From the NCBI GenBank assembly GCA_041483195.1, contig JBGPFC010000036.1, positions 1 through 38,021 on the forward strand: a DNA stretch of 38,021 nucleotides. Direction: 5' to 3'. The stretch comes from Candidatus Eiseniibacteriota bacterium (GTDB lineage Bacteria; Eisenbacteria; RBG-16-71-46). A model generated the notes under the pieces. That model searched no databases. It saw only the letters and a list, made by a program, of their open reading frames with translations, and was not told where the DNA came from. Within the stretch, counting starts at the first letter, position 1; each line of letters starts with the position of its first letter. A program made the position numbers and the translations under genes. This document shows positions 17,843 through 30,892 of this stretch, piece after piece.

Positions 17843-20506
17843 CTACTCCTCGTGTCCCGCGTTCCAGTTCACGGCGACCGAGATCCCGGGAACGATTTTC
17901 ACCGCCGGGATGATGGTCAGGAACCGCTGGCCATCCGGGGCGGGGTACGCCTGCCAGCTCGGATCCAGGCGGAACAGCTCATGTGGACTGCCGAATCGCA
18001 ATTCCGGCCCCCACTCCACGGGCACGCTCGCGAAGGAGAGGTCGGGTCGGATCAGGAAGATCTCGCGCCGATTCCGGGACCATATTCCGAAGAATGCCCC
18101 GGTCTTCGACACCTGCTGCTTGTGCCCCGGTTCGGGAAACGACTGGGTGTACGCCTGCGGGCTGCCGGACTCGGTCGATACGTAGAGCACCCAGTGCCCG
18201 TCCGGCGAGATCTGCCCGAAGCTCTCGTCGAATGGCGTCACGAGGAACGATTTCGGGGGTCCGCCGGCGGCGGGCAATGTCCACAGGTTCCAGCCGTCTC
18301 GGTCGCCGTTCTGCTGAATCAAGATCCACTGGCCGTCGGGCGACCAGTCGCTCGCGTCCTTGAAGGGCACGCTCGACTGATACACCAACTGATCCGTGCC
18401 CGAACCGTCGGCCGCCCTGCGATAGATGTCGCGCGGGCCACGCCGCGTGGAGCTGTAGAGGATCTCCTTGCTGTCCGGCGACCAGGTGCCCGTGAAGTTC
18501 TTGCCCTGCTCGAACGTGAGCCGGTTCGTCACCTCGCGCTCGAGATCCACGACCCATAGGTCGTTGTTGCCGCTCGAAACGCCCTGCTCGAGCATCGCGC
18601 GCCGGCCGTCGGGGGAGATGGAGGGGCTGCCCCAGCGGTCGAGCGGGATGTCCACCGTTCCGATCTGGTGACCGGCGCGATCCAACCAGACCAGTCGCGT
18701 GTCGAGCTTGCCGGCGCTCTGCCACACGAGCACTCCGTTGCTCGAGACACTGGCTCCCGGTGATGCGGAAAATTGCGTGACTGCCGGTGGCTCGCCGATC
18801 GAAAAGGGTTCGCCGATCAGCTTGAGTCGCCCTGAGTCGAGTCGCTGCGCCAGCAGCGCTTCGCCGCGCGCGAAGATGACGTGGCCGGGCGCCGCGTAGA
18901 GCGGAGCGCCGCTCGCGGAGAGCAGCGGAGTACGCGCCTTCGAGACGATCGAGCCGACGTAGCACGGATATTGTCCGTTTCGCGCGGGCAACGCCGCGTA
19001 CAGGAAGTGTTCGCCGTCGGGAAGGAAGCAGGGCCAGCGGTGCGCGGTCTCGCCGTTCGCGGTGTCGAGCGCGGTCGCCGCCTCGGGGGCGCCACCGCTC
19101 GCGCGCACCTGAAACAGCGGACCGCCCGAGGCGGGTGAAAAGACGATAGTGCCCTTCGAGTTCCAGCTCGCGCCGCGTCCGCTCGGCGCATCGCAAATCA
19201 CCTCGGCGCTTCCGCCCGAAATCCGAACGCGCTTGAGCTTGCTGTCGGCGAAGAATCCGACCTGCCGGTCGTCGGGCGACCAGAACGGGAGATCGGCGTT
19301 TCGCGTACCGGGCACCTCGCGCGCTTCGAAGCTCCCCAGCGGGCGCAGCCAGAGGCTGCCCTGCCCGGACGAATCCACGGCCACGAAGGCGAGCGTCTTT
19401 CCATCGTGCGAGATCACGTTCTCGTTGGGATCGCCGGTCAGGCTCACGCGCGGCGGGGCTTGAATCGTGAAGCGCAGCGGCGCGGGTGCCGGGCGCGGAA
19501 CCGCCAGCTTCCACGCCACGGCGCCGGCGATCGCGCCCGAGACCACCAGCGCGGCCGCGCCGGCCAGCGCCACCGCGCGCGATCGCGGCCGCGCGGCCGA
19601 GGCCGCGGCCGCCGCCGCGATCGCGCCCGAGACCCGCGATGAGCCCGACACGCGCGCGCCCTGCAACTCCTCGAGCTCGATGCGCGCGTCGCCGATGTCG
19701 CGCAGCCGCCGCTTCGCGTCCTTCTCGAGGCAACGGCCCAGCAGCGCGCGCAATTTCTCGGGCGTCTTCGCCGGCAGCCGCGACCAGTCGGGTTCGCCCT
19801 GAAGAATCAGCGCGATCATGTCGGACACGGTCTCGCCCGCGAAGGCCTGATCGCCGGTCAGGCATTCGTAGATCACGCAGCCGAACGACCAGATGTCGGT
19901 GCGGCGGTCCACCGACTTGCCGCGCGCCTGCTCCGGGCTCATGTAGGCCGCGGTGCCGAGCACCACGCCCACACCGGTCGCGCCCTGCGTCATGGTCGGC
20001 GACTGCGAGAGGTCGGGGTTCGAGTCGGCGCCGAACGAGGCGCCCTTCGCGAGGCCGAAGTCGAGCACCTTCACCTCGCCGGTGGGCGTGAGCTTCACGT
20101 TCCCGGGCTTGAGATCGCGGTGCACGATCCCCGCCTCGTGAGCCGCCTCGAGCGCGCCCGCGATCTGGCGGCTCACGTCGAGCGTCTCCTCGATCGAAAG
20201 CGCGCCGCGGCGCAAATGTTCGGCCAGCGTCTCGCCCTCGACGTATTCGAGCGCGAGGAAGCGCTTGCCGTCGGATTCCTCGAGCCCGTAGATGCCGGCG
20301 ATGTTCGGGTGCGTGAGCGATGCGAGCAGCCGCGCCTCGCGCTCGAAGCGGGCGAGACGGTCGGGGTCGCGCGCGAAGGCGTCGGGCAGCACCTTGATCG
20401 CGACCGGGCGATTGAGGCGCGTGTCGCGGCCGAGGTACACCACGCCCATGCCGCCGCGCCCCACCTCGCGCTCGATGGGGTAGGGGCCAATCTGTGGGAG
20501 CGTCAT
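17843..20506 (-). CDS. Ser/Thr protein kinase - TM - TolB-like (PD40) beta-propeller
   Basis: GRGGMG, VAIK, HRDLKPGN, DFGLAK, YMSPEQ; TM helix; repeated WSPD/ISPDG blades. Confidence 0.95.
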   Translation of the reverse strand: MTLPQIGPYPIEREVGRGGMGVVYLGRDTRLNRPVAIKVLPDAFARDPDRLARFEREARLLASLTHPNIAGIYGLEESDGKRFLALEYVEGETLAEHLRRGALSIEETLDVSRQIAGALEAAHEAGIVHRDLKPGNVKLTPTGEVKVLDFGLAKGASFGADSNPDLSQSPTMTQGATGVGVVLGTAAYMSPEQARGKSVDRRTDIWSFGCVIYECLTGDQAFAGETVSDMIALILQGEPDWSRLPAKTPEKLRALLGRCLEKDAKRRLRDIGDARIELEELQGARVSGSSRVSGAIAAAAAASAARPRSRAVALAGAAALVVSGAIAGAVAWKLAVPRPAPAPLRFTIQAPPRVSLTGDPNENVISHDGKTLAFVAVDSSGQGSLWLRPLGSFEAREVPGTRNADLPFWSPDDRQVGFFADSKLKRVRISGGSAEVICDAPSGRGASWNSKGTIVFSPASGGPLFQVRASGGAPEAATALDTANGETAHRWPCFLPDGEHFLYAALPARNGQYPCYVGSIVSKARTPLLSASGAPLYAAPGHVIFARGEALLAQRLDSGRLKLIGEPFSIGEPPAVTQFSASPGASVSSNGVLVWQSAGKLDTRLVWLDRAGHQIGTVDIPLDRWGSPSISPDGRRAMLEQGVSSGNNDLWVVDLEREVTNRLTFEQGKNFTGTWSPDSKEILYSSTRRGPRDIYRRAADGSGTDQLVYQSSVPFKDASDWSPDGQWILIQQNGDRDGWNLWTLPAAGGPPKSFLVTPFDESFGQISPDGHWVLYVSTESGSPQAYTQSFPEPGHKQQVSKTGAFFGIWSRNRREIFLIRPDLSFASVPVEWGPELRFGSPHELFRLDPSWQAYPAPDGQRFLTIIPAVKIVPGISVAVNWNAGHEE

Positions 20507-20584
20507 GGCGCGCACTATAAGGGCACGCGCCGCGAATCCGCCAGAGGTGCGGAGCGCGGGGCGATGCCCGACGCTCTTCGTGGT

Positions 20585-22969
20585 TTAGGGTTTCCGCTTA
20601 GCGGGAGACCGCTCCTTCTCGCGTTCCGGTGGAGCCGGCGCCGGCTGCTGAGACTCAGGCGGCGACTGCGGAGCGGCGGCACCGGGTGGAGGTCCCGGGT
20701 TCGCGCGCTGCCGAGCGCGGTATGCGCCTTCGAGATCTCCCGGCGCAGTCGTCGCGGGCATCGCGGGGCTGGAGGGCATCGCGGGGTTCGCCCGCGGACC
20801 GACGCGGCGCGGACCCTCGTCTCCGCCCGGAGGCTGAGCCGGCATCGGCGGCAGAACAGGCTGCTCCGGCGGCCATGAGGGCTGCGGAGCCGAACCCCCG
20901 CGCACCTCGCGACCCGGCGCATAGGACGGGGCGGGTGCCGCGACCGGCAACCGCGCCGGAATCCAGCTGCGTCCCTGCTTTATCTTCCAACTGCCGCCAT
21001 CGTCGCGCTGATACACCCGGCCGTTCTTGCCCGCGAATACATTGTTGGGAAGATGAGCCGGTTGAGCGACGGGTCGCATGGAGGGTCGAATCGGGCCGCG
21101 ACCTTCCGTCCGAATGGTGGGACGCACGGGCATGCGCATCGCGATGCGGTCGACGCGCACGACGTTCTGCGAGCGATTGTAGAGATTCGCGGGCGTCGGA
21201 TCGGGGACGCTCCGTCGCGAACGGCCGAGGCGGCGAACTCGTAGCGGCGTCCGGTCCGCGGCCAGCATCGGGCGGCGGTAGCCGCCGGGGCCGAACCACA
21301 TCGGCGGTCCGTGGTGCTGCGCGGCGTTTGGCCACGAGTGCCAGCGGAAGCCCACTCTCAGGAACCCGGAGCAGTAGCTGAAGCCGTAGCTCCAGCGGCT
21401 CAGCCACGGATTGTAGCGCGCATGGAAGCCCCACGTGAGCGGGCGCGCGAAGTAGCGGTGCCGGCCGCGCCACGGCCGATAGTGGTATCCGGTCCCATGA
21501 ACCACCGTGCCGTAGTACGGATAGCAGCCGAGATAGCCGGGCAGGTAGCCCATGTACACGGCGGTCGGTGTCGAATCGTAGATGTACACGTAGCGGACGT
21601 TGTAGACCGGGCAGTCGGGTGCGATGTCGTCGACCTGCACGGGGCGCGTCTCGCTCACGTGCCACGGGCCGTCGGGGCTGATCGAGATGTACCAGACGCC
21701 CTGATCGCACGCGTAGTACTTGCCATCGGCGGCGATCACTTCGGCGTCAGCGTTGATGGCGTATTCCATGCGGGTGTGGGCGATGGGTTCGAACTGCGGC
21801 ATTCCGTCGTAGTTGACGTTGAAGTTGTGGTCGGCCTGCTGGATCGCGGTGGTCTGAGGGATCTCGGCATCGGCCACCGCGTCATCGGCCTGATCCGTGC
21901 CCGCCACGCTTGCCAGGATGTTCCCCTTCGGCGAGTCGGGCGGCACTTTGCGGAAGCTCGCGGGCAGCTGGTCGCCGCGCACGAACGCCCAAGGCCCGCT
22001 CTGCGAAGCGGACCGGTACCAGCGGCCGGAGAGCAATACATAAAGCGCCTGAGTCGGCACCTCGCGCACCACGTCGCTCTCGGTGTTGGTCACGTAGAGC
22101 AGGTCGCTGCCGACCAGCGGGGCATACTGCGCCGGTCCATCCATCGAGATCAGCTCGGTCGGCTCGGTGGCGGTGATCACCAGCGGCGCGGGGCCCGCGA
22201 CCTGATCATCGGAGGAGGTGTCGGGGGGGACGATCCTGCGCACTCGGGCCGGCGCCTCGCGGATGGAGCTCCAGGGGCCGAGCGGATCCTTCGCCGAGTA
22301 CCAGAGGTTCGCGCCGGCGATGTAGTAGGAGTGATTCGACGGGTCGTAGATCACCGCGTAGGGGGTGTTCGAGACGCGTTGGAGGTCCGAGCCGTCGATC
22401 GGCTCCAGGGTGGGCACTCCGTCGTAGGCGAGCAGGAACGCCCGCTGGGTGGAGAAGAGAATGTGGGGCGGAGTGTTGTCGAGATTGGCGACGCTCGCTC
22501 GCTCCTTCTCGCTCGCCGCAAGCCCCGCCTGCAGCTCCTCGACCGAGCCCGAGAGGTCCCAACGCGTGGCCTCATCCTCCACCAGCTTCTCGTAGCGGCC
22601 CGCCTCGGCCGGAGTGATGTCCGGCATGCGCACCTTGGTGACGTCGAGGTTGCGAACCGTCACCGTGCTGCTGTCGCGATCGATCGCGATGCGCTCGGTG
22701 AACCACAGCACGCCATAGATGGGATTGGCATCCCCGCTCTTCTGCAGCGCGAACGCGGCGCGGCAACTGAGCAGGTCGCGAGTGAGATCCTCGGGCTGGG
22801 GCTGGTAGATCACGAACGAGCCGTTCGGGGAATCGAATTGCCGCGGCCAGTCGGAATTGTCGGCGCGAGCCGAAGCCACGAGCGCGACCGCGGCGACGAT
22901 GGCGAGCACGGCCGGCGGCGGGCCGACGACGGGCCGGATGAACGATCGAATGGGTGGGAAAAGACGCAT
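20585..22969 (-). CDS. Large secreted hypothetical protein with Tyr/Trp/Gly-rich and Pro-rich C-terminus
   Basis: Hydrophobic leader ending SARA; repeated WY.....GPW modules; YMGYLPGYLG; strong GC3 bias. Confidence 0.8.
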   Translation of the reverse strand: MRLFPPIRSFIRPVVGPPPAVLAIVAAVALVASARADNSDWPRQFDSPNGSFVIYQPQPEDLTRDLLSCRAAFALQKSGDANPIYGVLWFTERIAIDRDSSTVTVRNLDVTKVRMPDITPAEAGRYEKLVEDEATRWDLSGSVEELQAGLAASEKERASVANLDNTPPHILFSTQRAFLLAYDGVPTLEPIDGSDLQRVSNTPYAVIYDPSNHSYYIAGANLWYSAKDPLGPWSSIREAPARVRRIVPPDTSSDDQVAGPAPLVITATEPTELISMDGPAQYAPLVGSDLLYVTNTESDVVREVPTQALYVLLSGRWYRSASQSGPWAFVRGDQLPASFRKVPPDSPKGNILASVAGTDQADDAVADAEIPQTTAIQQADHNFNVNYDGMPQFEPIAHTRMEYAINADAEVIAADGKYYACDQGVWYISISPDGPWHVSETRPVQVDDIAPDCPVYNVRYVYIYDSTPTAVYMGYLPGYLGCYPYYGTVVHGTGYHYRPWRGRHRYFARPLTWGFHARYNPWLSRWSYGFSYCSGFLRVGFRWHSWPNAAQHHGPPMWFGPGGYRRPMLAADRTPLRVRRLGRSRRSVPDPTPANLYNRSQNVVRVDRIAMRMPVRPTIRTEGRGPIRPSMRPVAQPAHLPNNVFAGKNGRVYQRDDGGSWKIKQGRSWIPARLPVAAPAPSYAPGREVRGGSAPQPSWPPEQPVLPPMPAQPPGGDEGPRRVGPRANPAMPSSPAMPATTAPGDLEGAYRARQRANPGPPPGAAAPQSPPESQQPAPAPPEREKERSPAKRKP

Positions 22970-23150
22970 GGGCTGCCTCGCGGAAGAGACGTTCGAGGGG
23001 AGGGCAGAGTTTCGACTTTCTTCTCGGCACTCTACACCCCGGCGGGTGAGGGCTCCATGGCGGGGCGTGTCGAAAGCCTGACGATTCAGCGCGGAGCGAT
23101 CGGGGGGGCGCCGCGAGGAACTCGGCGCAGCCGCGGTGGGAAACGCGGCG

Positions 23151-25608
<2,458 letters not shown>

Positions 25609-25616
<8 letters not shown>

Positions 25617-25905
25617 TTCGAATGCTCCGAGAGGCGTTCCAGGTCGCCCGTCCCGACAGAGGTGAAGCTTGAGACGCAGCCCGCGTCGCCCTAGTCAGGA
25701 GAGGCATTGGGAGGGGTACTGGGCCAGCCCACAAGATGATCCACTTCACTTGATTTGGCGTAGGTCCATCCGGATCCCCCGCCTGCGGCGGAGAGTGGAT
25801 CGGATCCCGTATCACGATCGCCGCCCCCTCGAGCGGCAGTGCGGCCAGTCCGATGGCCATGATGAGCGCGGCGAACAGCGCACTCTTCCTGCGGTGGATC
25901 TTCAT
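25609..25905 (-). CDS. Small exported pre-peptide (98 aa) with GDPDGP motif
   Basis: RBS GAAGGAG; signal peptide MKIHRRKSALFAALIMAIGLAALPLEGAA; the 3' end overlaps the start of the activator gene (ATGAATGA). Confidence 0.75.
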
Positions 25906-26096
25906 CTCAGCGCTCCTTCGGCTTTCCCTCGTGGGGCGGTGGCGCGCCTTCGGGGGCTTCGCCACTCAGACAAAACGACCCGGCGGCAGCGCGGGGTGCG
26001 CGCGGCCGCAAGGTCGCGGAAGGAACCGCAGATCGGGTGAGGGGAAATGCGCATGGCGCCACTCCGAACTAGGTTCAGGGCACGAAAGACGCAGAA

Positions 26097-26125
26097 AAGA
26101 TATTCCCATAGGGGACGGAGGTCAA
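26097..26125 (-). promoter_or_regulatory. sigma70 promoter for the peptide-activator operon
   Basis: TTGACC-17 nt-TATCTT on the minus strand. Confidence 0.65.
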
Positions 26126-26354
26126 CGGAATTTCACTCGGGCCGTCGCCCTTCCGCCATAATGGTCGCCCTGTCCTTGGTGATCGTCCGCCGCGCCTCCG
26201 AAGCAGAGCATCCCCCCCCGATCTCCCCCCGCACAATCCCTCAAGTCCTTGGCCCGCTCCGCCGAAACCCTCTCGGACAAGGAGCGTCCGCGACCCAGGT
26301 CGTCAGGCAGGCAGCCGGGGTCGGCGCACTTCATCTCGACCTCTCTGAGGACAC

Positions 26355-29300
26355 ATGAGCGACAGACACGGATCCGGATCGTCGGGCTTCGCGGGCGTCT
26401 CGCAATCGGGCGCGATCAGCCTGCGCGAACTTCTCGAGTCCTCCCCGGACGTCATCTTCTGCTGCGACGCGTCGGGTCGCTTCGCGTGGATCAGCGCCGC
26501 GACCGAGACGATGCTCGGCACGCGTTCGGCCGACCTGCTGGGCCATCCCTATCACACGCTGCTCGCCCCGGCCGATCGCATCCCCTTCGGTCGTCGCGTG
26601 GTGCGCCACCTGCTCCGCCGCCCGACCCTCGCCTTCGAGGAGCAGGTTGTTCTCTCGCCGCACGGGGGGGCGCCGGTTCGCGTCTCGGTCCGCGCGCGGC
26701 GCATCCAGCGCATGGACGGCGAATTCGTTTACGTGGGATCCGCGCGCCCCGCCAACGGGTCGCTCACCGCGGCCGACGCCAGTGCGATCGCGGCGCCCGC
26801 GGTGGCGGATCCGCACCAGCCATTCGCCGCGACCGCGCCGGGCGATTCCACCGTATTGAAGGCCATCCGTGCCGACCATGAGGCGCGCGTCGCGGATCTC
26901 ACCGCGCAGCTCGTCAAGGCGCGCGCCGAATCCGATAGCCGGGTCACGGAGATCGCCGCGAAGTTCGACAAGGCCCGCGCCGAATCCGAGCACCGGGTCG
27001 CGGAGCTCACCGCGCAGCTCGGCAAGGCGCACGGCGAGCCCGATGGCCGGGTCGCGGAACTCACGGCGCAGCTCGACAAGACCCGCGCCGAAACCGATGG
27101 CCGGGTCGCGGACCTGACCGCGAAGCTCGAACGGGCACGCACCGAATCCCAGGCGTGGGCCGCGGACCTCACCGCGCAGCTCGACCGGACGCGCGCCGAT
27201 GCCGAGACCCGGGTCGCGGACCTGACCGCGAAGCTCGAGAAGGCGCGCACCGAATCCGAAGCACGCGTCTCAGACCTCACGGCTCAGCTCGAGAAGGCGC
27301 GCGCCACGGCGCAGCTCAAGACCGACTTCCTCGCCACGATGAGCCACGAGATCCGCACGCCGATGAACGGCGTGATGGGGATGACGCAACTGCTGCTCGA
27401 GACCGAGCTCGACAACGACCAGCGCAACTTCGTCGAGGTGATCCACAACTCGTCGCGCGCGCTGATTCACCTGATCAGCGACACCCTCGAGTTCTCGCGG
27501 CTCGAGGCGGGCAAGCTGCCGCTCGAGAGTCTCGACTTCGACCTGCGGGTCACGGTCGAAGAGGTCGCGATGCTGATGGCGCCGCTCGCGAACGAGAAGT
27601 CCCTCCAATTCCAGTGCAAGGTCCACCACGAGGTGCCGTCGCGCCTCAAGGGCGATCCGGGCCGGGTGCGGCAGGTGCTGCTCAACCTCGCGGGCAACGC
27701 GATCAAGTTCACCGAAACCGGCGAGGTCGGGATTCGCATCGAGCGGCTGCAGGAAGACGACGACCGGGTCAAGCTCAAGTTCACGATCGCGGACACCGGG
27801 ATCGGCATGACGGAGGAGCAGGCGAAGCGCGCGTTCGACGGCTACGTGCAGGCCGACAACTCGACGGCGCGCCTGTTCGGCGGCACCGGGCTCGGGCTCA
27901 ACATCTCGAGCCAGCTCGCGCACCTGATGGGCGGCGAGATCGGCGTGGACAGCCAGCCGGGACAGGGAAGCAAGTTCTGGTTCACGCTGCCGTTCGAGAA
28001 GCAGCCGGCGATCCTGCCGGTGCCGGAACACCCCAACGTGCAGCTCCGCGGATTGCGCGTGCTGGTGGTGGATCCCTCGCGCGCGATGCGGGTGTCGCTG
28101 GTCGAGATGCTCGCGGCGTGGGGTTGCCGCGCGGATCAGGCCGAGCACAGCGAGGACGCGCTCGCGAAGCTGCGCGGCGCTGCGTCACGCGGCGAACCCT
28201 ACACGGTCGCGCTGATCGAGATGCAGCAGCCCGACATGGACGGCGAGCAGCTGGGCTGGTCGCTGCGCTCGGACGATCACTTGAAGAGCACGATCACCGT
28301 GCTCATGACGAGCGTCGGCCGCCGCGGCGATGCCGCGCGCGCCAAGACCCTGGGCTTCGCGGGCTATCTGCTGAAGCCGGTCCAGTGGACGGAGCTCTAC
28401 TCGGCGCTGGTTGAGGTGATTCATCAGTCGCAGGCCGGCGCGGAGTCGCACGAGCTGGTCACGCGCCATTCGCTGGCCGAGGCGCGTCGCCAGCGCATGC
28501 GCGTGCTGCTGGTCGAGGACAACGCGGTGAACCAGCTGGTGGCGGATTGGGCGCTGCGCCGGCTCGGGTACACGATCGACGTCGCGATCGACGCGACCAA
28601 GGCGCTGGAAGCGATCGACCGTCAGCGTTACGACCTGATCTTGATGGACGTCCAGATGCCGGTCATGGATGGCTACCGCGCGACCAAGGCGATTCGCGCC
28701 CGCGAGCACGGCGCCCCGCGCACGCCGATCATCGCGATGACCGGGAGCGTCCAGCCCGGTGAGCGCGAGCGCTGTCTGGCCGCGGGCATGGACGATTACC
28801 TGTCGAAGCCCATCGATCTCGGCCAGCTGTGCGCGGCGGTCGAGCGCTGGACCCGGCCGACCGTAGAAGGCGGCGTGAGTATCTGGCCGGATCCCACGAA
28901 GCCGGGGGCCGCGCCGATCGCGGGCGAGCATGCTCGCGATGCGCAGCCGGGCTCCGACACCTCGCCGGCCGCGCCCGGACTCAGCCTGGTGCCGCACGAT
29001 GGCGGCGCGCCGCAGACCGAATCCGGGCGCCAGGCCGCGCGCTCGCCATGGGCGGGACCCTATGCGGAGGCCCCCGCTACGCAGGAAGCCGCGGCGACAC
29101 CGAACGCCGCGACGCCGAATGCCGCCGCGAAGCCGGAGCCCGGCCCGCTCGCGCCGCTCGATACGGCGCGGCTCGAAGAGGCCTCGATGGGCATCCCCGC
29201 GTTGCGCGGCGCGCTCATCCAGACCTTCCTCGCCGACATCGCGCCCCGGCTCGAGCGGTTGCAGGAAGCGGTCATCGCCTTCGACGCGCGGCGCATCGAG

Positions 29301-29501
29301 TTCGAAGCCCACGGCCTCAAGGGCATGTCGGACACGATCGGCGCGATCGCGTGCGCGCAGGTCTTCGGCGAGATGGAGCACATGGCCGAGGACGAGCAGC
29401 TCGGCGGCGCGCCGGCATTGCTGGACCGCGCGCGTCACGAAGTCGAGCGCACGCGCGAGTACGTGCAGCGCTTCGAGCAGATTCTGCACCGCACGACCTG
29501 A
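26355..29501 (+). CDS. Cytoplasmic hybrid histidine kinase: PAS - repeat coiled coil - HisKA - HATPase - REC - REC - HPt
   Basis: PAS (SPDVIF..DASGRF), [56 protein letters not shown]; no TM. Confidence 0.95.
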   Translation: MSDRHGSGSSGFAGVSQSGAISLRELLESSPDVIFCCDASGRFAWISAATETMLGTRSADLLGHPYHTLLAPADRIPFGRRVVRHLLRRPTLAFEEQVVLSPHGGAPVRVSVRARRIQRMDGEFVYVGSARPANGSLTAADASAIAAPAVADPHQPFAATAPGDSTVLKAIRADHEARVADLTAQLVKARAESDSRVTEIAAKFDKARAESEHRVAELTAQLGKAHGEPDGRVAELTAQLDKTRAETDGRVADLTAKLERARTESQAWAADLTAQLDRTRADAETRVADLTAKLEKARTESEARVSDLTAQLEKARATAQLKTDFLATMSHEIRTPMNGVMGMTQLLLETELDNDQRNFVEVIHNSSRALIHLISDTLEFSRLEAGKLPLESLDFDLRVTVEEVAMLMAPLANEKSLQFQCKVHHEVPSRLKGDPGRVRQVLLNLAGNAIKFTETGEVGIRIERLQEDDDRVKLKFTIADTGIGMTEEQAKRAFDGYVQADNSTARLFGGTGLGLNISSQLAHLMGGEIGVDSQPGQGSKFWFTLPFEKQPAILPVPEHPNVQLRGLRVLVVDPSRAMRVSLVEMLAAWGCRADQAEHSEDALAKLRGAASRGEPYTVALIEMQQPDMDGEQLGWSLRSDDHLKSTITVLMTSVGRRGDAARAKTLGFAGYLLKPVQWTELYSALVEVIHQSQAGAESHELVTRHSLAEARRQRMRVLLVEDNAVNQLVADWALRRLGYTIDVAIDATKALEAIDRQRYDLILMDVQMPVMDGYRATKAIRAREHGAPRTPIIAMTGSVQPGERERCLAAGMDDYLSKPIDLGQLCAAVERWTRPTVEGGVSIWPDPTKPGAAPIAGEHARDAQPGSDTSPAAPGLSLVPHDGGAPQTESGRQAARSPWAGPYAEAPATQEAAATPNAATPNAAAKPEPGPLAPLDTARLEEASMGIPALRGALIQTFLADIAPRLERLQEAVIAFDARRIEFEAHGLKGMSDTIGAIACAQVFGEMEHMAEDEQLGGAPALLDRARHEVERTREYVQRFEQILHRTT
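26883..27314 (+). repeat. Eight tandem 54-bp (18-aa) repeats within the kinase
   Basis: Consensus [18 protein letters not shown], eight units. Confidence 0.9.
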
Positions 29502-29574
29502 TCGCGGAGCACGCGGCGGCGGGCCCCCTGGGCCGGCCGTCGCGCCGCGTTGCGTGTGATATCTTCCGCGCCTC

Positions 29575-30780
29575 ATGCGGCGCATCCTGACCCCCCGTCT
29601 CGCACTCCTCTCGTTCGGCCACCTCACGGTCGATTCGTATTCGAGCTTCTTTTCGCCGCTCCTGCCGCTGCTGGTCGCCAAGCTCCATCTGAGCCTGACG
29701 CTGGTCGGGACGCTGGTCGCGCTGGCGGCGCTCTCGTCTTCGTTCGCGCAGGTGCTGTTCGGGATGATCGCGGACCGGCTGCGGCGCCCATGGTTCATCG
29801 CGTTCGGTCCGCCGGTGGCCGCGATCTTCCTGAGCGGCGTGGGTCTCGCGCCCAGCTTCGGGGCGCTGGTCGCGCTGCTCATGCTGGGCGGGCTCGGCGT
29901 CGCGTCGTTTCATCCGCAGGCCGCGGTGCTGGCGGGCGATCTCTCGCCGCGGCGCGCGCTCGCGATGTCGATGTTCGTGACCGGCGGCACGCTGGGTTTC
30001 GCGCTCGGGCCGCTGTTCGCGGTGAGCGTGGTGGGCGCGGTGGGGCTGGAGCGCACCTGGCTCGCGGCGATTCCCGGCCTGGTGGTGGGCGTGTTGCTGC
30101 TCGCGTGGTTCGCGCGGGTCGCGCCGCATGATCGCCATCGCGGCGCGCGCCCGGCGCTGCGCGAATTGCGGCCCGTGCTCCGGCCGCTCACGCTGCTCTA
30201 CTTCGCGGTGGTGTGCCGTTCGGCGGTGTCGTACGGCTTCATGACGTTTCTGCCGCTGCGCCTGCACGCGCACGGGTTCTCGGTCGCGGCGGGCGGCGCG
30301 ATCCTCACCGCGTATCTCGCGCTCGGCGCGGTCGGAGGCTTCTTCGGCGGCTGGCTCGCCGAGCGCTGGGGCGGTCGCCGCGTGGTGGTGATGTCGTTCA
30401 TCGGAGCGACGCCGCTCTTCCTGGCGTTCCTGTTCCTGCCGGATCTGCCGGGCCTCGCGTGCCTGATCCTCGGGGGCTTCGTGCTCCAGACGTCGCTGCC
30501 GGTGAACGTCGTGCTCGGTCAGGAGCTGTCGCCGCGTCATTCCTCCACCATCTCCAGCCTGTTGATGGGCGCAGCGTGGGGCGTCGGGGCGCTGCTGATC
30601 GGGCCGGTCGGCGCCTTCGCCGACGCGCATGGACTCACGGCGGGGCTCGCCTGCCTCGCGTGCCTGCTGGTGGGAGGCCTCGGCTGCGCGCTCGCGCTCC
30701 CCAGCACCGTCGGCATCCCGCATCGGACGCCCATCGATAATCTGGCGGCGACCGCCGAGGGCACTTCGCTCGGAGGCTGA
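29575..30780 (+). CDS. MFS transporter (Fsr-like)
   Basis: GHLTVDSY, FGMIADR, FHPQA, GGWLAERWG; about 12 TM. Confidence 0.9.
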   Translation: MRRILTPRLALLSFGHLTVDSYSSFFSPLLPLLVAKLHLSLTLVGTLVALAALSSSFAQVLFGMIADRLRRPWFIAFGPPVAAIFLSGVGLAPSFGALVALLMLGGLGVASFHPQAAVLAGDLSPRRALAMSMFVTGGTLGFALGPLFAVSVVGAVGLERTWLAAIPGLVVGVLLLAWFARVAPHDRHRGARPALRELRPVLRPLTLLYFAVVCRSAVSYGFMTFLPLRLHAHGFSVAAGGAILTAYLALGAVGGFFGGWLAERWGGRRVVVMSFIGATPLFLAFLFLPDLPGLACLILGGFVLQTSLPVNVVLGQELSPRHSSTISSLLMGAAWGVGALLIGPVGAFADAHGLTAGLACLACLLVGGLGCALALPSTVGIPHRTPIDNLAATAEGTSLGG

Positions 30781-30892
30781 AGCGGCGCTCGCGGATGGTG
30801 CGACTCCGCGCTTGCGCGCCGCTGCCGCGCGAGGCACCATCCCGCGGTTCGTATCGCCCGAATACACTCGCCGCGACCCCCGTGGAGCGCAC

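Noticed and set aside
26070..26100. c-di-GMP-I riboswitch (CAGGGCA..GAAAG..ACGCA resemblance)
   Set aside because: The P2 stem and the P3 region are missing.
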